A stretch of 64,000 bases of DNA, taken from the NCBI GenBank assembly GCA_013115125.1, contig JABANN010000102.1, positions 1 to 64,000 on the forward strand, in the 5' to 3' direction. The position numbers were made by a program, and so were the translations under genes. Source of the DNA: Perkinsus olseni. Lineage: Eukaryota. Numbering within the stretch: position 1 is the first letter of the stretch; each line of letters begins with the position of its first letter. Positions 12,750 through 25,714 of the stretch are shown piece after piece. The notes beneath the pieces were generated by a model. The model saw nothing but the letters and a program-made list of their open reading frames with translations. It did not search any database and had not been told where the DNA came from.

Positions 12750-14000
12750 AGGTCGTAGATCTCTATCCGAAGACGCTGTAGTGTCTCCCCTGCATGACAA
12801 CTGTTATATCTATGAAACGGTTGATCGATTTTGACAATTACCAATTCCTTCTCCCCGAGATTCCCTCTTCACTTTGTCCCATCTTATAGCTGTCAGCAAA
12901 GGGAAGTCACTGACCGCCGCTCGGTTGAGGACCCGTTCGGCCAGACTCAGCGCTGAGAGAGGCACGACTGATATACTGCCGTTGTGCAGGCACACAATCC
13001 ACGTGTCTCCCGGTCTTGGTAATTCCTGTTCCCTTAGTAGTACTTGTAATTTTACTCCCCTTCACATATTGATACTTTGTGGCATGATCGATATCATGAG
13101 TGTCATAAGATTCACCATAGCCGCGTTTCCGTGACGACAGAGGGTCGAACTCACCTGGTCCCGAGTCCTCCTCCCCGCGGGAAACGATAGCGTTGGCCAC
13201 CATGTGCAGGACCTGTAGACAGGATGGTCCAAGTCAGCACGCATGCACATGCTGAGGGGGTAGCTCACTCGCTCAGCCTTCAGCATCTGGGCCTCGCAAC
13301 CGCCGCAAACCATGTTGGCCTTGCGGACACGCATGAGCAGATCATGTGGGCTGGGATGACAACAGCGGGGATCGAACCCGGGACCTCCAGCACTGCAGCC
13401 TACTCAGATTTATGTGGGTTCACCACCGCCAGAGAGCTCCATACAGTTCGATATGAAGGCAGGTGACTTCGAGTCAGGTCCGTGGTGGCCGGAATGGCTA
13501 CAGGAAAGCCATGGCGATCACGACCGAGCCAGCAGCGGCCGACTTACTATGAGATTCCGTGAAGGACGGTTGCGCCCCCTCTCCTCGGAGATCAGTTCTA
13601 CTCTTCTTATGAATCGCCAGACCAGCCACACCAGATGCAGCGATCGCCTAGGGTTTACCGAAGGAGTGGTATTGAATATCATCGCACGGCAAAGGATACT
13701 CACCACAACGGCCACACCAGCCAGCTTCGCCCGAACTTGCCAGGTCTGAAGATCTTTTTTGGTCATCTTCAGCTTGCCATGGCTGAAGTTGATGACTCGG
13801 AAAGGATTCTTTAGCTCCATAAGAGATGAGAAAAACTGCTTCTGCAGGATTGACCAGACCTTGGGAAGTCCACTGCACGTCGTCAGAGCGATCCGTAGTA
13901 TAATGGGAGCATGGAAGTGGACGGGGTGACGAAAGGGAAGTCCTTACCCGTTGTCATTCTCGGGGCAACAGGGCAAAACTCGCCTCGGCTGCGGTCCAGC
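12750..14000 (-). mobile_element. Degenerate Ty3/Gypsy-like pol remnant (RNase H then integrase)
   Basis: Minus strand: YTTDRSDD (TDASD-like) and PFRVINFSHGKLK...W..KLAGV (RNase H-like), then CGGC, EFDPLSSRKRGY...DIDHATKY and SLAERVLNR (integrase core motifs). RNase H before integrase is the Gypsy/Bel order. Confidence 0.55.
13362..13406 (-). ncRNA. tRNA-like 3' half relic (T-arm/B-box), not a full tRNA
   Basis: Reverse complement reads ...ctgcagtgctggaggtcccgggttcgatccccgc, with a GGTTCGATCC loop and a paired stem. No D-arm or acceptor stem is evident. Confidence 0.45.
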
Positions 14001-14799
14001 AGTGCTCAGGTCGGTATGATATCTTCCCAAAATTTGCATCCTCGAGGTTCGAGGAGGTATCTTTATTCCTCCGCCCCCTGAAGGGCTACCAACAGCTCAA
14101 CCATATTTTCGGAAGTCCGCGAAAAAGGTAAAAACGGACAGACGCCGGTCCGCCGGGGCACAGTCGCTGCAACTTGGGGTCAGCTAGCTGAATCTCCTTG
14201 TAAGTACGCGTAGTGTTACGTCAATGAAATACGGTGACAAAAAGAATGCGCACGCTACACAATGTACGCACACGGTCTACGCGCAGCACATGAGATACTT
14301 ACGTGCAGATGCCGAACGCACGGATAGGATTCACTGTTTCAACTACAGTAGAACAATAATAGCAGGGTACGCATAGTGGTCACTGTGACTCCCACAAGAG
14401 CTCCGGTATATCTATTGGTGTGAAAGATGAACTCTTCCCTCCCAGCCCGGGAAATGCGTGCATGCGATGAGACGTCTAAGCACAGCTGCTAAGCGTAATC
14501 AATCCCCGCACACATTCATCTCTCTGCGAGAAGTTAGTAGCCGCTTCGGCCACAGCTATAACACAAAGTGATGCCAATCCCACACTCCCGTGTCGGCCGC
14601 AGTGTGGTGGCTTTCTTGCTAATTGCGACTACCCGTATACCACATTTTCCGTAATTCCCAGCACACATGATACCCAAGTCCAGAACCAATGCCCTGGTGG
14701 AATTGAACTGATGAACTCAACTCAACTTCTTCTTACCAATCGACAGTGTCGTAGTGCAAAAGCATGACCTCGCGCCACGAAATTGTGCGTGGTTAAACT

Positions 14800-15890
14800 G
14801 TAGTCTGATCTCAACCTGAACGACCTTCGTGACATACCAGTTCCAGCCTCCCCGCCGTCAACGACTCACAAGAAGCCGAGCAGGGACCCCCAACATCCCC
14901 TATTCGACCTTTCCAGAGGACCTCTTCTACGTCCAGGCCCTGGGCTGCGGCGTAGTACCTAGTTATGGAGGATATTCCGGTAGACAGGGGAGAGCTGACC
15001 CGCTGATCCTGAGATAGAGCCACTCGGCAGCAGCGAGACAGAAGACAGGGAAGGAGATGAGAAGGCTCAGAGCGGCTAGCACTGTGGTTACTCTGGCCTG
15101 ACGGAGGACCTGAGAGGGTCTTGGTGGCGAAGCGAGTACATCTTAACGTGAAAATTAAAAGTCATGGCGAATATTACTGCAAAATCAGAACTCAAATATA
15201 GTACTGACTACTCGCTACTTATACCTTGCCTCACTCGACGAGGCCATCGGCGAAAGAAATTCACACCTACTCATCACCATCCTGCGCAGGGATGACACGT
15301 TAGAATCGTACTATCAATACCCTATCGCTATATCCTTTTGGTAATGACTTTATTATATACCGACAGAACCACGCCATGCAATAGTGACCACATAGGTGGA
15401 ACACGAGGCCAACGGGAGCTTGTAGGAGGGATCTTAAGAAAGAGCTATTGCCCAGACTACTCTGCACGCATAAACATAGACGGAGCGTAACAAATGCCTT
15501 TGTCCATCTCACAAGCTCCCTTTGACGACCGCTCCTGCCAAATCCTGTAGAACACACTCCTCAGTTCGAAAATACGGGAAGCAAGACCCTCCCGAAGACT
15601 TTCGCATCCCCTTTCAATGGCACAACAGATCCGCCACGATACCATCCGAGGGTTCCTTCGCGAAATATCCCCGTCCTCAACCCACCTCAATGTAGCCCTT
15701 ATCAACCCTCCCAGTCATCTCTAAAACTGCGGAGACGGCAACCGCTGCTAGAAGCACATTAGCGACAATAGACGACCCACACCTGCGGCTGATCATCGTC
15801 ACTGCGCCACGAAATTCAACCCTACCTCAGGATACGCTTCTTCTGACTTGGCGATAGCTCGGCGGTCAAGCCTGCCGTATCGCCGCCCGG
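14800..15890 (-). CDS. Intron-containing host gene fragment, unknown product
   Basis: Short GT-AG introns (e.g. gtagggttg...ccgcag at ~15783-15825) join open frames ...SQKKRILR|CGSSIVANVLLAAVAV...GYIE, GCESLREGLASRIFELRS and YYAAAQGLDVEEVLWKG. Confidence 0.45.
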
Positions 15891-15899
15891 ATTGGTCCC

Positions 15900-18300
15900 T
15901 AAGAACAGCGGAGCGAAGCTGCTGAACCGAATGGGACGAACAGAACCCACTGAGGTTGTGGATTTTTACGGAGGCCTCCACGACGTTTAATATGAGTAAA
16001 CCCATGAAGGGAGTTAAGGTCAGTAGCCTGCACTTGACGTCATGCATTCCCCAAGGACTTCTGGTCACTACCAAAGGGCCGCTGAACCCCTCGAAGGGGA
16101 GAGGCCATCGAGCTGAGCTGTTAGAGTGATGGTTTGCAGGAGCAGAAGAATCTGTTAAGAGTACGTGTAACACTGGTATAGCCGGGAACTGGTACCTTCT
16201 GAATGACGCCCTTCGAGCGGCACCAAACTCCTATTCGTTGCTCATCGCTCTGCGGTCGACCCTCCAACAGGAGAGCATCTTTGACCAGCAGCAGACCGAA
16301 TAGGATGAACCTTGAAGTAGGAGGTATCTTGCAAGCGGGCCCAGTGATGGCGCTAGCGTAGCGAAGGACGATATTATTATCGATTTTGGGTTGGCCACCT
16401 CCCCGGAGCGTTACAGAGGTATATTGGTGTGGCGCCAAGTGCTAGGAGTTGCGAAAGTTGTGGTAACCAAAAGGATACTCCAAATTAAAATTAATACTGA
16501 GGCCAGGAGGAACTGAGACAGGTTGGGGGTCGAGAGGGTCGAAGGCGGCTCAGGCTCACCCCAGCGTTGTGCAGGGCCATCCTGCCGATATTCAGGTAGC
16601 CTAGAGAGCACCACCAGTAACTGAGGGAAGACGGTCAAGTCGGGAGGCGTGGAGACCCGCGCCCGGTTCAATAGGGTCATTCTGAAACTCAGAATCGATT
16701 GTGGAGTCAATTTTTACACGTAAAGAGCAGCTCCAGAGTCGATTGTGAGTTGCGGAATTGGTTTGTCGAACGACCCCTCATGAGGGAGGTCGCCGGATCT
16801 AGTCCTGGCGACTCCATGATTGGGAATATATGGGAGTCGGGAATCTTAGGTTGAAGACGGTTAATTACACAAGGTTAAGATACTATCACCGACTCACATC
16901 CCAACCGCCGTCGCCGCGGCCGCAAAGACTGTCAGCTCGATCGGTAAAATCAAGAACAGGGAAGGATGGAGACCTGAGGGGATCTGCTATGAGAGGCTCA
17001 TACATGGGCTGATGATCTCTAACCGTGTATGCCGCCCTTCAACCTAAGATACCCAAAGATACTAGTCAAGAGAAGTTGGACCTGATTCCAGCGGAAGTAG
17101 AGCCAGTTCAGGGAGGGGATCTTTACGTAAAGGACTGCAGTGGTTATCCAAACCCAAAGACGGTGGTTGCCCGTTCGCCAGAGCTGCCCTAGTTGGCTTC
17201 TCCGGTCCTGAAGGGGGTATTTATCTGTCTATGACGGTGTTGCTGGTGAGGATCGGTTCTTACAGTGGGGTCATCGGGGAAAGCTGGTATATAGATTCGA
17301 CGGTAGGGGAGGGTGACAGAGGCCGACCCTGGATACTTGGATGAATGTAGGATAGTGGTAGAATGGGAAGGGAAAGAAGAAGGGGCCTGGTAGTGTAAGA
17401 GATGGATAGTAACGACCGAGGTGAATTTTGCCGTTGAGGAACACTTAGATGAGGTAAGAAAGCAAGATTTTGGGATGTAGTCGTTATTGAAAGACACACA
17501 TCTCGCCAGTATAGTGGGAGTTGAGTTAGTGAAGGTGCGGTTGGGAGGAGCCTTCCGGGTCTTCTGGCATTGGAAGAACAACCGTGGGTTCTCAGGATCT
17601 GCTGTGCGGGCCTGCAGCTGCTGATCGAGAAGTTCGAAAGACTACCACGCCCTAGTCCATACGATAGCGTTACCTGGACTGTCTTTGAATAATAGCCAAC
17701 AGCAACCGTAGGCCGGTCGATGAGTTAAGGACGGTGGAGCTATGCTTGTCTACAACTGCGATGTGCGAGTCTGAGGTATAATGTAATAACTGGTTCATTC
17801 AACATCTCTTCAATGTCGAGTAGCTGCCAACGATCCATGGGCAGCCTTCTGGCACCCCTGGCGGGCTGTTCAAAGTCTGTGGATGCTCAGTAGTAGCAGG
17901 CCTGTAGGCCTCTCTGGGAGTGTTGGGTGATGCTTATTCGGTTATTGTTGTGGTTGGTAGTTTATCAATAATGTCAGTATCGTCTAATAATGAGGAGCTC
18001 CGAGCTGCTCTGAATCGTCGTTTAGCGAAGAGGGCCCATAGGGTAGTAGGAGTTGGGGAGGGAGTGGTACAGGACTAATGTGATGATGACAGGAGTGTAT
18101 GAGCGTATCTTAGGTCGATGCACGACTATCACAACCAGTCGCCATTCGTGGTTGCGCTTTTAGTTCTAGTAAACTAATGGGCTCCTGCTAGCTCTCCTCG
18201 AGAGGCCAAACGCTTGCGACCTTCCACAGCACTCCCTCAGGCACCTACTCGCCCTACCACAGCACCCCCTTCTGCATTCGATAAAAGTAGTACTCACAGG
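15900..18300 (-). mobile_element. Degenerate non-LTR (LINE-like) retrotransposon, endonuclease to partial RT
   Basis: Minus strand: AHGSLAAT near 17830 (APE N-terminal-like), PSTWRHTNI near 16430 (FPxxWK-like pre-RT motif), and a frameshifted PQGSV(L)SP near 15940. No introns. Confidence 0.5.
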
Positions 18301-18449
18301 CGCTGACCCCCTGACGATATGCACCCTTCAGAGCCTCCTATGCCTGCTAACGATACCGTCAACGACCGGCCACGACGCGACGTTGCCTCTCCGTCTGGTG
18401 GTGAGAGGGAGATGCTCTGTTCGCGTCGCTTCGTCTGTGCGTCGGCCCT

Positions 18450-19250
18450 GAAGTTCAGATCATCTTCATTCCCTTTCACGAGAATTTTTCTTCCGAAAGT
18501 AGATTATTAGTTACAGGACACCTCTTAGTATTCATGCTCCTAGGCTGTCCCTAGCGAAAATATCAACACTGAGGGGGCCCACAAGGGATGCCTTCAATTT
18601 TGGACCCGTCCGGTATCCTGAATGTGTGGGTCTGTGCGGACGTCAATAGAGATGGTACATCGGAGAGTGGGGCGAGTCTCCTCAGGCGGGAAGCGGTCAT
18701 CGTCTCCCGGGCTGAGACGGTTCTCGAGGTCGCACGCGCAAGAGGACCTAGGGGATACCAAGAAGCAGGGGGAGGGTGTGGCGTCGTCTGAAGGGCAGAT
18801 TGCCGACAAAGGCCTTGGGAAGGTAGTATTGAGGGTTAACTAGCAACGATAGCTCCCGTGGGGGTCAGTAGTATAATCAGCAGCACGCTATTGAAATTGG
18901 ACCGTGGAAGCCGACGTGGATGGTCGTTTGAGGAGATTCAGTCCGTCAAGGGGCGTAGGGGGAGTGACGAGGTTGCTTTTCTCTTGATGTTTGATAATGG
19001 ATTGTTGGTTCAAGTTTTTGACGCAGTAGTGGGCTCCTGTATTCCAACGCCATTCATCAGAGCGCATCTTCGGAAGGAGGTGCAACAACAACAGCAGCGG
19101 ACAGTGATGTAGCGAAAGTCCCTCCTCGAGTATCTCGCAGTAGAACTGTAATAATCTCCTCCCACCCTGATACCCTTCAATCCACCCTCCATCCATCCTC
19201 TCAGAGCGCAGCTGTTCTTTCAATTCTGCCTAAGTTCGGTTCGCATAAAG
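18450..19250 (-). CDS. Possible 5' exons of a gene divergent from the PH-domain gene; may continue at 15890-14800 beyond the LINE
   Basis: Open frames 18888..19223 and ~18590-18830 on the minus strand, head-to-head with the gene at ~19.5 kb. Confidence 0.25.
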
Positions 19251-19529
19251 ATTCCGATGGGGACGTATCGGAATCGGCTCAGCCATCGCTAGCACAGGAG
19301 CCAAGACCGAGGCAAATACCTCCTACCACTGCCGTACTAAGCGCTTTGTTCGGGGGGATGGGGATTTTTACGAGGTCCTGAATTTTGACGGGCTCCTCCT
19401 CAGTCCACTACGCCCGAGGCTGGCCCTGCTGTACCTCCGGAGAAGGACGATGATAGGGTACTGCGGTCCTGTCATGTTGTCTGGCAGCTGGCCGCTTGTT
19501 CAGGCTACCCGATGTGCTGCTGTTGCTTC

Positions 19530-22500
19530 GACAGTGACTGCTGCTGCTGCTGGGGGAGAGGGTGAGCAGTCCAGGGCTTCTATAGCGGGTGTGCATATGG
19601 AAGGGTATCTTTCCAAGCTTAGCTCAGGGAAAGTCAAACGATGGCAGAAGAGGTTAGTAGAGGTCGAACCTTGCGATTTACGGAAAGGAAGATACGCAGG
19701 TATTTTATTCTGGACGGAGGGTATCTGGGGTACTTGAGCGCACCGGGTCCGGCGGATCTGGCTAAGAAAACGTTCGACCTTTCGAAGGCGAGGTAGGCTA
19801 AAATTAATGCTACTTTCACAGCGTCAACCGCTTTCCTACATCAGCAATGTTGAGAAGGCCGACTCAGAAGATCCGAACAGCTCTGATTTCAATCTTATTT
19901 ATAGTAAGGAGCGGTCGTGGACGGCCGTCGTGGACAGCTGCTCTCTGCCAGATAATAACGTGTACTACATGCGTGCCCCCTCGGTTCCTGAAATGAGGAA
20001 ATGGATGAACTCCATGCAGATTGTCATCGCCGCCACGTAAGGAGTGCTGGTCGTCGTGGCTGCTGTGATTAGCCAGTTCTCAGGTATAGCGGCACACGGG
20101 CGTCCGGAGGGGTGGAGGCTTCGGAGGCAGACAAGATGTCGGACTCGGCACCAAGTACGTGTACTGTCCGGCCGGAGCTTGAGAGTGTCCGACAGACGGG
20201 CGGTTTTTCCGCGTCCATTGGTCTCGGGCGGGCTCTAGTTGGTGCTCTTTGGCAGGCCTCGGTGGTTCTTCTAACGTGAGTCGGCTGAACTCAGTGACTT
20301 CGCCTAAGCCTGCTGCTGCTAATAATATGCCATCAACGATCTGGGAGGTAGTAGCGGCAGTAGGCCTGGCGGTGAGCTGTGACGATCGTGCTGTCCTGCT
20401 GCTGTAGCTCGATACGGATAGGCTGGATAGGATGTTCGAGGAGAGCTGGTTCGAAGTGGTGGATGAACTGAAGGACGAAAAGTGTGATAAGGAGGCGATG
20501 GGTACTACATCAAAGGCGGGAGAGGTCCGTCATCGTCAAGACTAGTCGCTGTAGTCGTCGTCGTCGTAGTAGTTAAAACAACGAAGTCGTTATGTCCGCG
20601 AGTCTAGGAGGCCTCAGTTGGTATAATTTTTACCACTCTTGTGCTTGTTGATCAGCCCTGTCGACTAGTAAGATGATAGACGGTGTGACGAGGTGCAGTA
20701 GTGATCTCTATGCTACCTTGGCTAAGATGAACTCCAGCAATTATGTACTATGAGGGTTGGACGAGAGGGCGGCTGCAGTGGATTCTGGCGCTCAGTGGGG
20801 TTACTGAGGAAGCGAAAGGCCCCGCGGCAGGCAGAGCATTCTCTGTGATCGATCTTCGGGCTCCTATGCACAATAATAAATCAGAAATAATGACACCAAA
20901 AGTTTGTGCAAACCGGACAGTCACCCGTGCTCTTTCCGTCTTAGACGGTACTGACCTATGATGACACGCACGGGGCGATAGAAGCCCGGTTGAAGGGCTC
21001 CTCTGAGGAGAGAGATCAATGCCTGTGTATTGTCCAAGAGTATATGCAGAGGCTGGCTGTTTGGATTAACAAGTAGGATGAGGATCGGTGGTGGAGGAAG
21101 GAGGCCGATCGGTGCTGCAGATGGTTGGATGTGAGAGCACAGTGGAAGATGCACGAGAGCCATGGCGGAGGCATCTCGAATATCTTCAGCAGCGGCAAGA
21201 ACAAGGGCCCAGTCAAGGTAGTAGGTTTACAGTCTATCGAGGATTGGACAGCTTTCAACTGGCCTTCTATTGGTGCTTTTGAGGAAGTCCGTGGAGCCTG
21301 TCGTGTCCGCTCGTCAGCCCATGGCAGCCCCTGTTCTGTCGTCGGACTTCCCTGCCCTCCTGGAGGCAGTTGCAAGACTGCGGTCGGAGATCAACAAGCT
21401 CTTTGGACTAGACAAGGCTGACGAAAAGGTGGGGATAATTTTCGTGGCGCGCGACGGAATTCTGGGAAACGGGGCTCTAATACACGGGATGCCTCTTCTC
21501 TTTGAAGGTAGCGTCGGCTAACGGCAAGCGAGACAGCGTATCTTTGCGCACGCGGAAGAAAGCTGAGTGCACTGATCAGAACGGGTGAGCATATAAGCAT
21601 CTAAGCTTGCTTTGTGCGCTGTTGAAAGATACTCTTTCTGGTCAGACCTTACCATGCATGGCGTCAACAGCTGGAATCAGTCCTCCAGAGATTGGGCTCT
21701 GAATTAGAGGTTGGAAGATCTTTGCCTCTGTCGACTTGAGTGCTACCGAATCTTCAGACAGCTGTCATCGAGGAGCTTGACAAACAGTTGCAGACGACTA
21801 ACGTGTGGGAGCCCAAGTGCCAGAACTCCCTGGGGGAAGGGGTTCACGGGCCAAAATTAGTAGGAACTTGCCGATGAGTATCACAGAGCTGGACTGTTGG
21901 TTCGTGATTGTAGTTGTTGGATCGAGGACAGTATTGTCTCACTACGTCGTGGACGCCACACTTGTTGAAAACAATTAGAGGTAGGCTGTGGCTCGTGGCC
22001 ATTTTATTAAGCCAGGGACACGCGACCTCTGTGAGGCCGCGTGCTGCGGAAACTCGTAGTTTTTTGGTAGATGGTTGGGCTCTCGTGGGTGTTTCCAACT
22101 CCCATAAGTCTATGCGAGACTGCGTCAGACAGACTTCGCGAGACTGGAAGGCGAATCGCCGTTTCTGCAACCGTCTGCCGGATGTTTCCGACGAGAGGAT
22201 GCTCATTGGACTTTGCACCACTGTACCGTGATCGTTGGTTCTCAAGTTCGTATCCAGCCCCCCAAGAGAGAGAAGGCCGACGTACATTGTGCGAAAGTTC
22301 GGCGGCGTAGCTCTTACAGTAGAGCGATCGATTTCATGGCCTTCCTAACCCGCCGAGATATGCGTAGTATCTTGCACCTAACAAAACATCGTCCACCGCG
22401 GTGCCAGGGCCTAGCATGAACCTGGGCTGTATTGGTAGTTTCATTTCGCTCGATTCCAAGAGCCAAGATCGGTAGCCCGGCTGTCTCGGCGACAACGCCG

Positions 22501-25284
22501 CTCAACAGGAAAGCTTCAGTGGTCAGTCTTGGTGGAAAGCTCATCAGCGCCTTCCTGGTGTCTGTGAGTCTCGGCGTGGTGTAAACTCGTGTAAGTATCT
22601 GACGAAGTAAGTGCCCTGATTGGACCAAGTACCGCGGTAACAAATGGTACAAATAACGAATAAGGCCTATTGATGAGGCTGACATGCGGGACACCCCGGA
22701 GCAGGCTTATGTCTTCGAGATTGAATGGCCCGACGCGAAGGAGGAATCCGGAGCCGAAGGTCGTCCGAATACTCCACTGGGTTCATCACGCGGCTCACCG
22801 AATCCGAGCGAGGAGACTTCTCTAACGAGATCACTCAGTACATAGAGAGAGAATGGTGGATGCCAGAAGAGGACGCTACTATCCTGGGAATCGACCATAG
22901 TGGATAGTCGTCTTATCACTGGTATCCCCAGGCGGATCTACCCGCAGTCGCCCCTTTGTGGACGCCCGAGGCGAGAATGTCAGGCTACCTCAATGCGGAT
23001 ACTATGATCTGTCCATAGCGGATTTTTCTCTTCGCTTCGTCTTGCAAGTTCCTCCGGTACAAGCATATCGAGAGGCGTTCTATCGTGTGGAACGATAGGA
23101 CGCTGATAGAATGATGGACATGATTCGTTTCATCATGTAAACGATCATTATGGTGACGGTCATTCATCATCGAAAGCCTTGTGATTCTGACCATCAATAG
23201 AGGTCGATACTGTCTCGAAGAGTCGCGTTTGGATTCCGCTTTGACGTCCTAGCGCTCAGCTGCTATCTGGTTGCCTAACAAACTAGATGGCACCTGATAA
23301 GAAGACTTACGGGCGCTAGTGTCTTGTTGGATCAAGAAGTCACTGGTGGCCGCAAGTGTCTTCGAGAATCTTGATCACACCGAGCATGTCTTCGCTAGGC
23401 AGAGGCGTATTCAAGGAGTGCGGTGCCCTGAGCAAATAGGCCGGGCTGAATGAATCCGATGAAGATTGGTCAACTGATGCCATATTGAGATTCGTCGCCT
23501 CGCTACTGCCGCGCAGTATTTCCCTTCGCAGCCTATTGGTGGAGTGATCGGCCCATACCTTGATTCCAGTCGCGTGATCACAGCAGCACGTCGCGTAATG
23601 CCAAAAACCCTCATGCTTCTCCGTTGTTGTAGCGAAGTCATGAAACGTTAGTTTGATTCCTGTATGCTCGAGACTAGAACGGACCGTCATATTTCTCAGC
23701 CACTTTCGACGTTCAAGCGACGACAGTCCGGTCACATCCGTACAGTGCTACCATCATTACAGAGCATACCATTAGCGGAGTGGTCGCTGTTATCAACTGT
23801 GCTTGGTGAGGTGTCCTGTGAGAGGTGCTACTGCCACTCAGCTTCTTCTCACCACCAGGCGTTTCATGAAGAACAAAGTCGCTCGAACGGCCTCGGCTAT
23901 TAACCACAAGAAGGGCTTGAAGGGAAAGGCTTCTGGTATAGGGGATCTTTTACAGTTTATTGTGACGTGTGTCTCTCTGTAGCTGCCTTGGGGAAGGCCA
24001 AACGATCGAGTCAGAAGTATACTTCTTCTAGCAGCACATCGGGCGCTCCTGCCCGCAGTCCGTCGGCTGATGACGATTCTCCTGATCAACAGAGGGGAAG
24101 CACTTCGTCCAAGGGGTCGATACCGCCGTTGGAGTACATGGTGGCGTTCTCTAATGAGGCAGCGGTAAGGGGCTGCCGTGTGACGATGTCTCGGTATGGA
24201 TCGCTCCTCAGACTGTGGCTGGTTTTTGCGCTACGACGGCTGATGATCTGAACTCCCGCAAGACTCCGGAGACCCAGGGTGAGTTAGTCGCGGTCGGGAG
24301 GTGGTTCCCCTTTCGTCTAGTGTCGCTTGACTGGTCCTCTGCTTACCGGGTTTGTGATCCTCGGTGCCGTTTTTGCGCATTTGAGGGCGCCTACGGTTCT
24401 TTTAGTGTATGGCGCGTGTATGGCTGGGCAGTCCACAGCATTCGGCAACCTTGCACAGGAGACGGGTCATCACATTGCCGAGGTTTATTTCAAACCGAAA
24501 TATAAGTAAGACGAGGAAGCCGAGTGACGTTCGGGAAGGCTTTCATCGCAGGTCGGTGATATCTAAAGCCTTCAATAAAGATAGACTCCTCGTGCGAGTC
24601 GAGACCCCGATGACTGAATCGGTGCGGAATGCAGGGGTGAGTCAGAAGACAGTCGCGATGTCGTTGTGTGAGTTGGTCGATTGTTGGTAGGCCTTCGCCC
24701 AGCAGTTGAAGCAGGAGGGTGCTACGGAGGCTACTAATTCATATACAGTAGGCGAGTGTGGTCGATGCTGCATCGTCATCGACGGCGGTCACTTGCGAGG
24801 CTTTGTCTACTCGTCCGTGTCCGCACAGGTTCGAGGAGTGTTAGACGTGATCGTCTCGGGCTATATCAAATCCCTATGCGAGAACAAGCCGAAGCTAGAT
24901 CGATTTCCTAAGCTACCGGATGTGATGGCTGCTGATGAGGCCCTCGTGGTGGACTACTTTACCAACCATAAAGTTGGAGCCTTGGATCGAACAGAGTGAG
25001 CTCGCCGAGATTTGACAGTCATTCGAGAACAAGAACGTCGAGAACGTCTTCTCAGCGTGAACAAGTGCATCGAAATCAACGCAACGATACGGTCATTCCT
25101 GACTGACAACGACATCAACCTTCTGATGGTGCACTACCTAGAGGCCAACCGCCTGGTTGGCGCATCGAAGGCAAAGAAGATAGCGAAGGCTGTGAGTGGC
25201 GGGGGGTTTTCGAGGGAGAACAACTGGTTGGTCGTAGGTGGTGTCTATGAGATCGGCTCAGTGGAACAAGAAACAGCGGGCTGA
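19530..25284 (+). CDS. Multi-exon N-terminal PH-domain protein with a long helical C-terminus; interrupted by TE fragments, possibly a pseudogene or two genes
   Basis: Exons give MEGYLSKLSSGKVKRWQKR...TFDLS...DFNLIY...VYYMRAPSVPEMRKWMNSM (canonical PH pattern). Short GT-AG introns continue to ...VVGGVYEIGSVEQETAG*. Confidence 0.65.
21850..22690 (-). mobile_element. Degenerate integrase fragment inside the PH-domain locus
   Basis: Antisense and intron-free. Reads PMSILS...F...C...ETPTRAQP, resembling P..I.SDNG..F....GI..T...HP. No host exons are evident here. Confidence 0.4.
23100..23735 (-). mobile_element. Second degenerate integrase fragment inside the PH-domain locus
   Basis: FHDFATTTEKHEGFWHYATCCCDHATG matches the integrase first-Asp region (D....GY.YILV.VDHAT). 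Confidence 0.45.
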
Positions 25285-25714
25285 CATCCTCAAACAGCTT
25301 ACCAAAAATCAAGGTAGACGACCGCCACCGGGAGTTGCCGTTGAGAGCTTCTCTGTTGTGATAGGCGGCGTGGCCGTGTCCAGCGATGAGAGCCCTTGAA
25401 GGGTCCTTGCAGTACATTGCCTTAACTTCACTGTATAAAATTTTGAGTATCTTTTCATCAAAGAAGGCGTGCGTTGTGAATTTTTGGGATCGAAGATGAC
25501 TGGCAAGAATCATGACATTACTCGTACTTATTGTATCTACTATTTAATATAAAACTGCACGTAAATCTACTTGCCATTACTCAGGAATACATTAGAATGG
25601 AGATCAATGAGTGCCTGTTTCACTGTAGATGAGTATAATAGTCATCAATTAATTCACCCAAGATGCATTCTTGACGGGGGCTTGAATCTGGTTGTCGAGT
25701 ATTTACCAACTAGC

